Positions 27,541 to 37,782 of a stretch of DNA of 64,000 nt are shown piece after piece. Made by a program: the position numbers and the translations under genes. This DNA is from Vicinamibacteria bacterium (GTDB taxonomy: Bacteria; Acidobacteriota; Vicinamibacteria; Marinacidobacterales; Marinacidobacteraceae): NCBI GenBank assembly GCA_965199715.1, contig OZ241322.1, positions 1,504,001 through 1,568,000 of the forward strand, read 5' to 3'. How positions within the stretch are numbered: position 1 is the stretch's first letter; every line of letters starts with the position of its first letter. Under the pieces are notes generated by a model. The model saw only the letters and a list, made by a program, of their open reading frames with translations. It had not been told where the DNA came from and ran no database searches.

Positions 27541-27945
27541 CTACGGCTTCCTCTCGAGGAACGTCACCAGCTCCTCCGCCACGGCCCCCGGATCGGACAG
27601 CTCGCATTCCCACACGGTGAACCCGGCCCACCCGGCCGCTTCCAGACGCTCCCGCTGCTCGGCGTCGCGCTCGACGTTGCGGGCGATCTTCGCCCGCCAG
27701 TACTCCGCGTTCGTCTTCGGCTGACGGCTTCCGCGCGGACATGCATGCCCGTGCCAGAAGCACCCGTTCACGAAGACGACCTTGCGGCGCGGGCCGAACA
27801 CGATGTCCGGCGTGCCGGGCAGGTCCTTCCGGTGGAGGCGGTATCGGTAGCCGCGCCGGTGCAGCATCCGCCGCACTTCCTTCTCGGGCTTCGTGTCGCG
27901 ACTCTTGACCGCGCGCATGATCCGGCTGCGCTGCTCGGAGGTCAC
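27541..27945 (-). CDS. vsr: Very short patch repair endonuclease
   Basis: QRSRIMRAVKSRDTKPE, LPGTPDI, FVNGCFWHGH, VWECE. Confidence 0.93.
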   Translation of the reverse strand: MTSEQRSRIMRAVKSRDTKPEKEVRRMLHRRGYRYRLHRKDLPGTPDIVFGPRRKVVFVNGCFWHGHACPRGSRQPKTNAEYWRAKIARNVERDAEQRERLEAAGWAGFTVWECELSDPGAVAEELVTFLERKP

Positions 27946-28853
27946 GCCGACGAGGCCTGACGAATCCCCTCTCCCACGCGCTTCGCCAGATCCACCGGCA
28001 CCGCGTTCCCGATCAGAAGCTCCAGCTCGGCGTTCCGGTTCGACCGCTCGAACCCCCAGTCCCAGTCGCGCGGAAACGTCTGGATGCGGCTGCGCTCCAG
28101 CGACGTCAGCGGCCGCACCGCTTCCGGGTCGGCGCTGTCGAGGTGGTTCCGGCGGTAGTTCGGCGGAACCGGCCGGTTCACGCCCCGGATCGTGGGCGAC
28201 GGCTCCTCGACCGAGAAGATGGCGCGGCGCGAGTAGTTCCTCGGATGCCGGTAGTAGTAGTCCACGTCGATCTCGTCGCCGAGGTACTGCTTCACGGTCA
28301 GCCGCTCCACGGACTCGGCGTCCCGCATCCAGTCGTGGAACCGCCGCGCCGGGGCGCTGTCGCCGAGCCACCCGACCATGAAGAACCGTCGCCGCAGTTG
28401 CGGAACGCCGAAGCGGCTCGCGTCCAGCACCGACTCGGCCACCCGGTAGTCCCACTCCCGCAGCAACGACCGCACCCTCGCGTAGGTGTGGCTGCGGCGC
28501 GCCTGCGGCACGTTCTCCATCAGCACGATCGGCGGCCGGCACCGCTCGACGATCCGGGCGAAGCTCAGCGTCAGGTTCGCCCGGTCGCCCTCGACGCGCT
28601 TGCCCGCGGTCGAGAAGTCCTGGCACGGCGGGCCGCCGGCGATGACGTCCGGCCGATGCGCGGCCAGCGCCTCGGCGGACGCCTCCACGTCGGCGAGGTC
28701 GAACCGCTCCACGTGGTCGCCGAGATTCCGGCGGTAGGTCTCGACCGCCGCCGGCCAGTGGTCGCAGGCGGCGACGACCTCGATCCCCGCGGCGTTCAGG
28801 CCGGCGCTCAGGCCGCCGGCCCCGCAGAAGAGATCGACCGCGGAAAGGCGCAC
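27942..28853 (-). CDS. dcm: DNA (cytosine-5)-methyltransferase
   Basis: DLFCGAGG (motif I), GGPPCQDFS (IV), ENV (VI), PQLRRR (VIII), RIQTFP, IGNAVP (X). Confidence 0.93.
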   Translation of the reverse strand: MRLSAVDLFCGAGGLSAGLNAAGIEVVAACDHWPAAVETYRRNLGDHVERFDLADVEASAEALAAHRPDVIAGGPPCQDFSTAGKRVEGDRANLTLSFARIVERCRPPIVLMENVPQARRSHTYARVRSLLREWDYRVAESVLDASRFGVPQLRRRFFMVGWLGDSAPARRFHDWMRDAESVERLTVKQYLGDEIDVDYYYRHPRNYSRRAIFSVEEPSPTIRGVNRPVPPNYRRNHLDSADPEAVRPLTSLERSRIQTFPRDWDWGFERSNRNAELELLIGNAVPVDLAKRVGEGIRQASSA

Positions 28854-28905
28854 GTCGGCGCCAATGCTACCGGGCTACCCTTCCGGCCCCGCAGGAGAAC
28901 GCCTC

Positions 28906-29397
28906 ATGGCCAAGGCCGAGCACTACATCCCCCCGCGCGCCAGCGCGGTCACGCCCTATCTCGTCGTCCCCGCCGACGGGCGCGCGGCGCTCGACTGGTA
29001 CCAGAGCGCGCTCGGCGCCGAGCTGGAGTCGGTCATGGAGGGTCCCGGCGGCGCGATCATGCATGCCGAGATCCGCCTCGGCGACTCGCAGATCTACCTG
29101 TCGCAGGAGTTCCCGGGGCCGGGCGGCTACGTCTCGCCGGCCACGCTCAAGGGCACGACGGTCAGCATCCACGCCTATGTCCCGGACGTGGACGCCGCCT
29201 TCGCGAAGGCGATCAAGGCCGGCGCCACGGAGATCCAGCCGCCGACCGACCAGTTCTGGGGCGACCGCCACAGCGTCGTGCTGGACCCCTTCGGCCACCG
29301 CTGGGGCCTCTCGACGCACAAGGAGACCCTCACTGGCGAGGAGGTCGCCGAGCGCGAGAAGGCGTTCTTCGCCGAGATGGCGAAGAACGCCGGCTAG
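28906..29397 (+). CDS. VOC/glyoxalase (PhnB-like) family protein
   Basis: VTPYL, IMHAEIRLGDS, QFWGDR, DPFGHRW; SD AGGAG. Confidence 0.9.
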   Translation: MAKAEHYIPPRASAVTPYLVVPADGRAALDWYQSALGAELESVMEGPGGAIMHAEIRLGDSQIYLSQEFPGPGGYVSPATLKGTTVSIHAYVPDVDAAFAKAIKAGATEIQPPTDQFWGDRHSVVLDPFGHRWGLSTHKETLTGEEVAEREKAFFAEMAKNAG

Positions 29398-31013
29398 AGC
29401 GACTTCAGGAACGCGACCAGCGCGGCGAGGTCCGCCTCGCTGACCGTTGATCCGTGCCCGGGGTGGCGCGCCAGCACTTCCTCGAGCGAACCCGCCGAGG
29501 CGTCGTGGAAGAGCGTGCGCCGGAAGCGCACGCCGCGCAGCGACGGCGGGTTGAACCGCCGCTGGCCGCGCTCGTCCTCGAGCCCGACGTCGTGCGCACC
29601 GGCGGACGTGTACGTCGGAGCCGTGTGGCAGCGGTCGCACTCGTAGCGGGAGAACGCGTCGCGTCCTTCGGCCAGCCGGCCGCCCCCGGTCATCTCGGGC
29701 AATTCGAGGCTGCGGAGGTACGCGGCCAGGTCGGCGACCTCGCCGTCGGTGAGCTCCCGGCCCCGCAGCGTGGTGCGCACCGACTTGCGCACCTGATCCT
29801 CGAGGTTCCGGATCTTGCCGTTCCACGCGAACGGGCGCGTGTCGCGCACGCCGAGCAGCGAGAGCACGCGCTTCGGCGCGCCGTAGTCGCCGTCACCGAG
29901 CGTGTCCGAGAGCCGGTGGTTCGTGTGGCCGTCCACGTGGCAGCTCGCGCAGCTCATCCAGCCGCGCAGCGAGAGCGTCGCGTCGTGGAAGAGGCGCTCG
30001 CCCCGCGCCGCGGCGTCGAGCGTCCCGGCGGCGCCGAGCGACGTCCGGTGGGTCTCCTCGCCGGCCCGGACCACGGAGACCGAGTCGTCGAGGCGGTTCG
30101 CCGCGAAGAGCCGGTCGCCGTCGAACAGCAACGCGCCCGGCCCGTCGCCGACGGGCACGTGGCTCGACAGGTGCTTCCTGGTGCTCCCGAGCGCGATCCG
30201 CCCCACGCCGGCGAGCGAGACCGCGAACGAGTCCCCGCCGGTCGGAACCAGATGCGCGGGGTCACCGGACGGGATCACGACCCCGCCGAGGTCGAGGAGG
30301 CGCGTGCGCCGCTGAAGCCTCGGGTCGTCCGCGACCAGATCGTCGAGCGGGAACAGGCTGACGCTGTTCGTGATGAACACCCCCCAACGGATGTCGTCGT
30401 CGGTCGTGCGCATCCCCGAATGAAGCTGCTGATGCGCGAGCGCGACCGTGTCGCCGCCGACGACCGCCATGCCGCGCAACTGGTGGCCGGCGAGTTCGCG
30501 GACGTGGCGGATTTCCGTTCCGTCGAGAAGCGCGAGGCCCCCGCCGAACGCGTCGGCGACCAGCAGCAGGCGTTCGTCGAGGAACAACAGGTCCCGCGGC
30601 TCGAACGGAAGCGCGACCGAGGCGCCGTCGATCCGGACCTCCCGCGACCACAGGCACGAGACCGCGACCCGATCCCCGAAGACCGCCGCCTGCGACGGAT
30701 AGCGGCACGTCTCCCGCGACTTCTCGACCCGGACCGAGCCGTCGGGAAGCGCGCGCAGCTCGTGGAGGCGATGCCCGTCGTGATCGACCGCGAGCGCGCG
30801 CCCGTCCGGCAGCGGCGCGAGCGCGGTGACGTTCTCCCCGACCTGGGTCTCGCCCAGAAGCTCGAGGTCGGAAGCCCGGACGACGCTCACCGAGCCGGAC
30901 CGGTTGCCGACGAGCAGCAGCCCGTCGGTCAGGGCGAGCGCCTGCGGACGCCGCGGACCCGCGTCGGCGGCGACCGCGACCAGAACCGCCGCCGCGACGA
31001 GGAACCGCGTCAG
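29394..31013 (-). CDS. Exported beta-propeller (YVTN-like) + di-haem cytochrome c peroxidase-like protein; start approximate
   Basis: Signal peptide TRFLVAAAVLVAVAADA (only a CTG start is adjacent); propeller repeats; CASCH and CDRCH haem motifs; PSLRGV. Confidence 0.75.
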   Translation of the reverse strand: MTRFLVAAAVLVAVAADAGPRRPQALALTDGLLLVGNRSGSVSVVRASDLELLGETQVGENVTALAPLPDGRALAVDHDGHRLHELRALPDGSVRVEKSRETCRYPSQAAVFGDRVAVSCLWSREVRIDGASVALPFEPRDLLFLDERLLLVADAFGGGLALLDGTEIRHVRELAGHQLRGMAVVGGDTVALAHQQLHSGMRTTDDDIRWGVFITNSVSLFPLDDLVADDPRLQRRTRLLDLGGVVIPSGDPAHLVPTGGDSFAVSLAGVGRIALGSTRKHLSSHVPVGDGPGALLFDGDRLFAANRLDDSVSVVRAGEETHRTSLGAAGTLDAAARGERLFHDATLSLRGWMSCASCHVDGHTNHRLSDTLGDGDYGAPKRVLSLLGVRDTRPFAWNGKIRNLEDQVRKSVRTTLRGRELTDGEVADLAAYLRSLELPEMTGGGRLAEGRDAFSRYECDRCHTAPTYTSAGAHDVGLEDERGQRRFNPPSLRGVRFRRTLFHDASAGSLEEVLARHPGHGSTVSEADLAALVAFLKSL

Positions 31014-31073
31014 GAAAGCCGTCTGCGCTTCGCTACAATTCGGCGCGTTTCTTCCGAACCCCCGAGGTTGCCG

Positions 31074-31805
31074 ATGCACCCACCCATGATGATCGAGGCG
31101 AGCGGCCTGAGCAAGTACTACGGCCCGTTCGTGGCGGTCGAGGACGTGAGCTTCGCGATCCCCCAAGGGCAGATCGTGGCGTTCCTCGGCCCGAACGGAG
31201 CCGGCAAGACGACCACGATGAAGATGCTCACCGGATACCTCGCGCCCAGCCGGGGCGCCGCGAGCATCGCCGGGCGCGACGTCCGCCGCGACCGGCTGGA
31301 CGCATCGCGGCGCTTCGGCTACCTGCCCGAGAACGGTCCCCTCTACCCGGACATGACCGCCGTCGAGCTGCTCCGGTTCTTCGGCGCGGCGCGCGAGGTC
31401 GCTCCCGACCGGCTCGAAGGGCGCATCCGCGAGGTCAGCGCCCTCACCAGCCTCGCCGAGGTGCTCGAAAAGCCCATCGGCAAGCTCTCCCGCGGGCTGC
31501 GCCAGCGCGTCGGGCTGGCCCAGGCGCTGCTGCACGACCCCGACGTGCTCATCATGGACGAGCCCACCTCGGGGCTGGACCCGAACCAGATCCGCGAGTT
31601 CCGCCGGAACATCCGCCGCCTCGGCGAGGAGAAGACGGTCCTGATCTCAACCCACATCCTGCGCGAGGTCGAGGTCGTGGCCGACCGGGTGCTCGTGGTC
31701 CACCAGGGCCGGCTGGTCTTCGACGGCACCCCGGCCGAGCTGGAGCGCGACGGGTCGCTCGAGTCCAGCTTCTACGAGCTCACCGCGAACGGAGCGGCCG
31801 CCTGA
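31074..31805 (+). CDS. ABC transporter ATP-binding protein (GldA-like)
   Basis: GPNGAGKTT, LSRGLRQR, MDEPTSGLDPNQ, STH. Confidence 0.92.
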   Translation: MHPPMMIEASGLSKYYGPFVAVEDVSFAIPQGQIVAFLGPNGAGKTTTMKMLTGYLAPSRGAASIAGRDVRRDRLDASRRFGYLPENGPLYPDMTAVELLRFFGAAREVAPDRLEGRIREVSALTSLAEVLEKPIGKLSRGLRQRVGLAQALLHDPDVLIMDEPTSGLDPNQIREFRRNIRRLGEEKTVLISTHILREVEVVADRVLVVHQGRLVFDGTPAELERDGSLESSFYELTANGAAA

Positions 31806-34504
31806 TGCCCGGCCTCGTCGAAGTCCCGAAGGTCCGCCGCGGGGTGGTCGAGGCGCTCATGCGGCGTGACCTCCGCATGTACTTCTCGAACCCCTCGGGC
31901 TACGTCTTCCTCACGCTGTTCATCCTGCTCAGCGCCGCCGCGGCGTTCTGGCAGGACCGCTTCTTCCTCAACAACCTCGCGAACCTGGACCAGTTGAACT
32001 CGTGGTTCCCGTGGGTGCTGCTCTTCTTCATCCCGGCGCTGACCATGGCGGTCTGGGCGGAGGAGCGCCGCCTCGGCACCGACGAGCTGCTGCTGACGCT
32101 GCCGGCGACCGACGTGGAGATCGTGCTCGGCAAGTACGCCGCGGTACTCGGCGTCTATTCCGCCGCGCTCGTCCTCTCGCTCAGCCACGCGCTCGTGCTC
32201 ATGTTCCTCGGCAGCCCCGACTGGGGCCTGCTGTTCGCGAACTACGTCGGCTACTTCCTGCTCGGCGCGGCGCTCGCCGCCGCCGGAACCGCGGCCTCGC
32301 TGCTGACCTCGATCTCGACCGTCGCCTTCATCCTCGGCGCGGTCTTCTGCGCCGGGATCCTGCTGCTGGACCTCGTCGCCGGGGCCTTCAGCCCGACGCT
32401 CGCCGCGTTCCTCGAGCCGGTCTCCGCCCGCTTCCATTTCGCCGAGTTCGGACGCGGCCTCGTCCCCGTGACCTCGGTCCTCTATTTCGTCGCGGTCGCC
32501 GGGTTCTTCCTGTACCTGAACGTGCTGCTCATCGGCCGCCGCCACTGGCCGGCCGCCGCCGACGGCTACCGGATGTCCACCCACCACGCGATCCGGGCGG
32601 CTTCGACCGCGCTGCTGCTGCTGAGCGCGATCGTGCTGATCTCGCGGTTCGGGTTCCGGGTGGACGCCACCGCCGAGCGCCTCCACTCGATCGCCCCCGA
32701 GACCCGCGAGCTGCTCCGCTCGCTGCCCGACGACAGCCCGGTCTTCGTGCAGGCGTACCTCAGCCCCGACGTGCCCGAGCCGCTGGTCCAGACCCGCGCC
32801 ACGCTCGAGAGCGTGATGCGCGAGTTGGAGTCGGCGAGCGGCGGGCGGGTCCGGGTGCTCATCCGGGACACCGAGCCGTTCACCGAGGCCGCGCAGGAGG
32901 CCCGCGAGAAATTCGGGATCCAGCCCCGGCAGATTCCCGGGCTGAGCGCCGCCCGCGCCGCGGTCGCCGACGTGTTCATGGGGGTCGCCTTCACCCGCGC
33001 CGCCGAGGAGCAGGTGATCCCGTTCTTCGACCGCGGACTTCCGGTCGAGTACGAGCTGGCCCGCAGCATCCGGGTCGTGGCCAACGCCGAAAAGCGCCGG
33101 GTCGGGGTCATCTCGAAGGAGCTGCGCATCTTCGGCGGGCTGGACTTCCAGACCATGCAGAGCTCGCCCGAGTGGTCCGTGGTCGATGAGCTCCGCAAGC
33201 AGTACGAGGTGGTCCAGATCCAGCCGAACGCGACGATCACCGAGGAGCTCGACGGCCTGCTGGTCATCCTGCCCTCGACTCTCGCCCAGGACGAGATGGA
33301 CAACGTGCTCGACCGCATCCGCCAGGGCACGCCGGCGCTCCTGCTGGTGGACCCGCTCCCGGTCGTGAACATCGGCCTCGCGCCGGCCGAGCCGCCGGGC
33401 GCGTCGCGCAACCCGTTCATGAACCAGGGCAGCCCGCCGCCCGCGCCGAAGGGCGACGTCACCGGGCTGCTCGCCCAGCTCGGAATCTCGTGGGACCCGG
33501 GCTCGATCGTCTGGGACACCTACAACCCCCACCCGGACCTCGGCCACCTGCCGCCCGAGGTCGTGTTCCTCGGCGAGGGCAGCGGCAACTCGGCCGCGTT
33601 CGCCGAGGAATCGGTCGCGAGCGCCGGCCTCCAGCAGCTCGTCCTCATCTACCCGGGTTTCCTCGAGCCGCTCGCGGCTCCGGGCGCGGACTTCCAGCCG
33701 CTGCTCACCACCGGCGACTTCTCGGGGACGCTGCCGTACTTCGACATGGTCCAGCGCACGTTCCTCGGCTCGCAGCTCAACCCGAACCTCCCGCACCGCC
33801 CCGATCCCGCCACCTACGTGGTCGCCGCCGAGGCCCGCGCCTACCGGAACCCGGAGACCGGCGACGAGGAGCCCATGGACGACGCCGACAGCACCCGCGT
33901 CATCGCGATCGCCGACCTCGACTTCATCTCCGAGCAGTTCTTCGAGATCCGCCGGGTCGGCCCGCCGAACATGAACTTCGACAACGTCTCGTTCTTCCTG
34001 AACGCGATGGACGTGCTGGTCGGCGACGAGTCGTTCGTGAGCCTGCGCAACCGGCGGGTGCGCCACCGCACGCTCGAGCGCGTCGAGGGGCGCGTCCGCG
34101 ACTTCGTCGAGATCCGTTCCGCCGAGGAGGACGCCGCCGAGCGCAGCGCCGCCGACGCGCTCCGGTCCGCGCAGGAGCGTCTCGACCAGCGGGTCGCCGC
34201 CGTCGATCAGCGCGACGACCTCGACGCGCAGGCCAAGGCGATCATGGCCCGCAACCTCCAAGAGGTCGAGAACCGCCGCTTCGCGGTGCTCGAGGCCAAC
34301 ATCAACGCCGACAAGGACGCCGAAATCCGCGCCAGCGAGGAGCGGATGGAGGCCCAGGTCCGGCGCATCCAGAGCGGCATCCGCACCGGAGCGGTGCTCC
34401 TCCCCCCGATCCCGGTGTTCCTGCTGGGAGTCTTCGTCTTCGCGCGCCGCCGCCGGGCCGAGCGCGAGGGAGCGGCGGCCGCCCGCCGGCTCCGTCAGGG
34501 CTGA
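31805..34504 (+). CDS. Fused ABC-2 permease / GldG-like auxiliary component
   Basis: N-terminal GldF-like permease (WAEERRLGTDELLLT, LGKY) fused to a GldG-like domain (EYELARSI, NVSFFLNAMD) and coiled coil. Confidence 0.85.
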   Translation: MPGLVEVPKVRRGVVEALMRRDLRMYFSNPSGYVFLTLFILLSAAAAFWQDRFFLNNLANLDQLNSWFPWVLLFFIPALTMAVWAEERRLGTDELLLTLPATDVEIVLGKYAAVLGVYSAALVLSLSHALVLMFLGSPDWGLLFANYVGYFLLGAALAAAGTAASLLTSISTVAFILGAVFCAGILLLDLVAGAFSPTLAAFLEPVSARFHFAEFGRGLVPVTSVLYFVAVAGFFLYLNVLLIGRRHWPAAADGYRMSTHHAIRAASTALLLLSAIVLISRFGFRVDATAERLHSIAPETRELLRSLPDDSPVFVQAYLSPDVPEPLVQTRATLESVMRELESASGGRVRVLIRDTEPFTEAAQEAREKFGIQPRQIPGLSAARAAVADVFMGVAFTRAAEEQVIPFFDRGLPVEYELARSIRVVANAEKRRVGVISKELRIFGGLDFQTMQSSPEWSVVDELRKQYEVVQIQPNATITEELDGLLVILPSTLAQDEMDNVLDRIRQGTPALLLVDPLPVVNIGLAPAEPPGASRNPFMNQGSPPPAPKGDVTGLLAQLGISWDPGSIVWDTYNPHPDLGHLPPEVVFLGEGSGNSAAFAEESVASAGLQQLVLIYPGFLEPLAAPGADFQPLLTTGDFSGTLPYFDMVQRTFLGSQLNPNLPHRPDPATYVVAAEARAYRNPETGDEEPMDDADSTRVIAIADLDFISEQFFEIRRVGPPNMNFDNVSFFLNAMDVLVGDESFVSLRNRRVRHRTLERVEGRVRDFVEIRSAEEDAAERSAADALRSAQERLDQRVAAVDQRDDLDAQAKAIMARNLQEVENRRFAVLEANINADKDAEIRASEERMEAQVRRIQSGIRTGAVLLPPIPVFLLGVFVFARRRRAEREGAAAARRLRQG

Positions 34505-34514
34505 GGAAAGCGAC

Positions 34515-35885
34515 ATGGCAGAAACCACCGGTCCCGAACTCCGCCGCACCCAGACCATCGCCGGGGCGGCCCTCCTGCTCGCGGTGCTGGCCTTCGTCAG
34601 CGCCCCGCGCAACCCCGAGCCGAGCGACTTCGTGGACGTCGGCGAGCGCTTCTTCCCCGACTTCAACGATCCGGAGGAGGCGGTCTCGCTCGAGGTCATC
34701 GAGTTCAACGAGGAGACCGCGGAGGCGCGGCCCTTCCGCGTCCAGAACGTGAACGGCGTCTGGACGATCCCGAGCCACCACGACTACCCCGCGGACGGCG
34801 CCGACCGGCTCGCCCAGACGGCCGCCGGCGTGATGCTGCTGGAGAAGGCCGACTTCCGCTCCGAGAACGTGGCCGACCATCCGGCGCTCGGGGTCGTGGA
34901 TCCGCTCGACGAGGGGTCCGTGTCGCTCGTCGGGCGCGGCCGCCGGGTGACCGTCAAGGCGTCCGGCGAGCGGGTGCTCGCCGACCTCATCATCGGCCGC
35001 CAGGTCGAGGACCGCGAGGGCTACTGGTTCGTGCGGGTTCCCGGCCAGAAGCGGGTATATGTCTCCGATCTCGGAGTCGAGATCTCCGCCCGCTTCGCCG
35101 ACTGGATCGAGCGCGATCTGCTCCTCATGGACCGCGACCGGGTGACCGACGTGACGCTCGAGGACTACACGATCAACGAACGCACGTTCCGGGTGGACCG
35201 CCGCGGCGTCCTCGAGCTCACGAAGGAGGACGGGACGTGGACCGCGGCCGGCCTCGGAAGCGACGAGGAGGTGGATTCCTTCCGCATCTCCGAGACGCTG
35301 CGGGCGGCGGACGAGCTGGAGATCGTCGGCGTGCGGCCCAAGCCCGACGGGATCGCAGCGTCGCTCACCGGGGACGTCGCCGGGATCTCCAACGCCGACA
35401 TCCTCTCGCTGCAGGACCGCGGCTACTACCTGACCCAGACCGGCAGCCTGCTCTCGAACGAGGGCGAGGTCCGCATCGAGGCCGACGACGGCATCCGCTA
35501 CACGCTGCGCTTCGGCGAGGTGGTCTATGGTCGGGGCGACGGCCTCTCAGCGGGCGGCGCGACCGAACTGGACGCCGGGGCCGGCCCGGCCGAGAACCGC
35601 TTTCTCTTCGTCACCGCCGAGTTCGCGCCCGAGCGCTTCCCCGAGCCGCCCCGCCCGGCGAACCGCGACTACATGGACAAGGGGGCGGACGACCTCACCG
35701 ACGAGGACCGGGAGAACCGAACGCGGGCCCGCGACTGGGACCGCTGGGAGCGCGAGGTGACCGAGGGCCGGGAGCGCGAGGAGATGCTCACCCGGCGGTT
35801 CGCCGACTGGTACTACGTGATCTCGCAGGAGAGCTTCGAGAACATCCGCCAGACCCGCGACGACCTGATCCGCGAATCGTCCTAG
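34515..35885 (+). CDS. DUF4340-like protein
   Basis: N-terminal TM helix, WTIPSHHDYPAD, LIIG...FVRVPG; usual position after GldA/F/G-like genes. Confidence 0.75.
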   Translation: MAETTGPELRRTQTIAGAALLLAVLAFVSAPRNPEPSDFVDVGERFFPDFNDPEEAVSLEVIEFNEETAEARPFRVQNVNGVWTIPSHHDYPADGADRLAQTAAGVMLLEKADFRSENVADHPALGVVDPLDEGSVSLVGRGRRVTVKASGERVLADLIIGRQVEDREGYWFVRVPGQKRVYVSDLGVEISARFADWIERDLLLMDRDRVTDVTLEDYTINERTFRVDRRGVLELTKEDGTWTAAGLGSDEEVDSFRISETLRAADELEIVGVRPKPDGIAASLTGDVAGISNADILSLQDRGYYLTQTGSLLSNEGEVRIEADDGIRYTLRFGEVVYGRGDGLSAGGATELDAGAGPAENRFLFVTAEFAPERFPEPPRPANRDYMDKGADDLTDEDRENRTRARDWDRWEREVTEGREREEMLTRRFADWYYVISQESFENIRQTRDDLIRESS

Positions 35886-35980
35886 CGCCGGGGGAAGACG
35901 CAGCCGAGCGCCGCGACATCGGTCCACAGCCGCAAGCCCAAGCCCCCAGGCGAGAGCGCCGCACAAGAACCCGAAGCGCG

Positions 35981-36916
35981 TCAACTGCATAAGCGGAACA
36001 CGAGCCGGACGCCCCGGTCAGACCGGGCGAACAGCCCCATCGCCAGGACCACCGCCCAGACCTTGCGCCGCGAAATCTTCGCCGGCGCTCCCGGGTTCTT
36101 CTGGACCTCGCGAAGCGTGAGCATGGCGAGCGCGAGCGGCCACAGGCACGACCGCCGGATTCCGGTCTCGCTCCGGGGAATCGCGAGGCAGTAGGCGAGC
36201 CCCTGGCGGAGCTTCGCTCGGGCGATCCCCACGAGACGGCGCACCGCGGACACGTATCGGGGCGACCCCGGCTTGCGCCGCGCCACATCGCGCGGCATCC
36301 ACGAGACCCCGCGCTTCCGGTCGGCCTCGATGTCCTTCAGCACGTTCACCATCTGGAGCCCCTGGCCGAACGCCCGGGCATGCCGCTCGAGTTCCTTGCG
36401 CCGCTCCGCCGTGCGGGGCGAGTACGCGCAGTAGAGCTCGGTGAGCGTCTCCCCCACGACTCCGGCGACGTAGTAGCAGTAGCGCTCGAGCTGGTCGTGG
36501 TCGGCGAGGCCGGCGGGGCCGCGGATCCGGGCGAACTCCAGCATCCCCCCGGTCATGATCCGGATGCAGCGCTCCATCGCGGCGCGCGAGTCCGGGTCGA
36601 GCCGCCGGGTGATCGCGAGCGCCCGCGGGGTCTCGGCGACGAGCTTCCGCTCGGCGCCCTTCGTGACGTGCGGCGCGAGGTCCTCGGCGAACGACTCGGG
36701 GTCGCCGGCTCCCTCGACCGCGGCGATGAACCGCTCGCCGAAGGAGTCGCGGTCCTCGATTCCGGGGTCGTCCTCGATCGTGTCCGCGATCCGAGCCAGC
36801 AGGTACAGGTTCATCACCGCCGGCCGCAGCCCCAAGGGCAGCGGCTTCAGCGTCAGCGCGAACGTGCGCGCGGTGGCGTCGAGGTGCTCCTGCTGGAAGC
36901 GGTCGTCGGAGGTCAC
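35981..36916 (-). CDS. Squalene/phytoene synthase family protein
   Basis: ARTFAL, RIADTIEDD, YCYYVAGVVG, GLQMVNVLKDIEAD. Confidence 0.9.
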   Translation of the reverse strand: MTSDDRFQQEHLDATARTFALTLKPLPLGLRPAVMNLYLLARIADTIEDDPGIEDRDSFGERFIAAVEGAGDPESFAEDLAPHVTKGAERKLVAETPRALAITRRLDPDSRAAMERCIRIMTGGMLEFARIRGPAGLADHDQLERYCYYVAGVVGETLTELYCAYSPRTAERRKELERHARAFGQGLQMVNVLKDIEADRKRGVSWMPRDVARRKPGSPRYVSAVRRLVGIARAKLRQGLAYCLAIPRSETGIRRSCLWPLALAMLTLREVQKNPGAPAKISRRKVWAVVLAMGLFARSDRGVRLVFRLCS

Positions 36917-37782
36917 GGCAGCCGGGCGAGCGCGCGCTCGCAGCGGTCGGCGTCCGGGCTCCGCCCGGCGTCGCGCAGCACCGAGCAGGCGTCCTCGAGC
37001 GCGGGCCGCGCGATCGTCCGGATCGGTTCGCCGTCCCCGATGCGGCGCTCCCACAAGAGCACCGCTTCGCGAAGGTGGACCAGCGCCTCGCGCTCCCCGA
37101 ACCGGTGGAGCGCCCGCCCGAGCCGGTAGCGAACGAGCGGCTCGTCGGGCGCTTCCTCGAGCGCGAGCCGGTACGACTGGATCGCCCGGGGGACGTCGCC
37201 GGCGTCGTCGAACGCCACGCCGGTCCGCAGGTGGGTTTCCGCCCGCTCGGCTTCGGCGGCGGCCGCGACTTCCCGCGCCGCCCGCAGCGTCGCGGGATCG
37301 GCGGTGAGCAAGGCGCGCATCTCGTCGGACCGGGCGAGGCTGACCGCGGTCTCGCCGTTTCGCGCGGGGACGGCCGGGTCGGCTCCGGCGGCCATGAGGA
37401 GGCGCGCCGCTTCGGCGTGGCCCCGCTCGACGGCGCTCATCAGCGCGGTCGCCCCCCAGTCGGCGGCGGCGTCCACTTCCGCGCCGGCGTCGAGCAGCAT
37501 CCGGATCGTCCCGAGGTGGCCCCCGAGCGCGGCCCGATGGAGCGGGCGGATTCCGTTGCCCGCCGGGTCGTTCGCGTCGGCCCCCCGATCCAGGAACAGC
37601 CGGACGAACTCCTCGCGCCCGAGCACCGCCGCGACGTGCAGCGCGGTCATCCCGTTCGGCGCCTTCGCGTCCGCCGGCAGCCCGCCGTCGAGCGCCCCCA
37701 TGACGACTTCCATCTCACCGTCGCGGATCCCGTTCAGCAGGGCTTCCAGCTCCGGGTCGATGCGTGGCGGCTGCGGAGGCAC
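36913..37782 (-). CDS. Ankyrin-repeat + TPR protein
   Basis: GMTALHVAA, GIRPLHRAA, GATALMSA, GETAVSLA repeats followed by TPR-like helices. Confidence 0.88.
   Translation of the reverse strand: MPPQPPRIDPELEALLNGIRDGEMEVVMGALDGGLPADAKAPNGMTALHVAAVLGREEFVRLFLDRGADANDPAGNGIRPLHRAALGGHLGTIRMLLDAGAEVDAAADWGATALMSAVERGHAEAARLLMAAGADPAVPARNGETAVSLARSDEMRALLTADPATLRAAREVAAAAEAERAETHLRTGVAFDDAGDVPRAIQSYRLALEEAPDEPLVRYRLGRALHRFGEREALVHLREAVLLWERRIGDGEPIRTIARPALEDACSVLRDAGRSPDADRCERALARLP

Noticed and set aside
31074-35885. GldA/GldF-G/DUF4340 cluster as gliding motility machinery
   Set aside because: This ABC module is widespread in non-gliding bacteria and no other gld/spr genes are present
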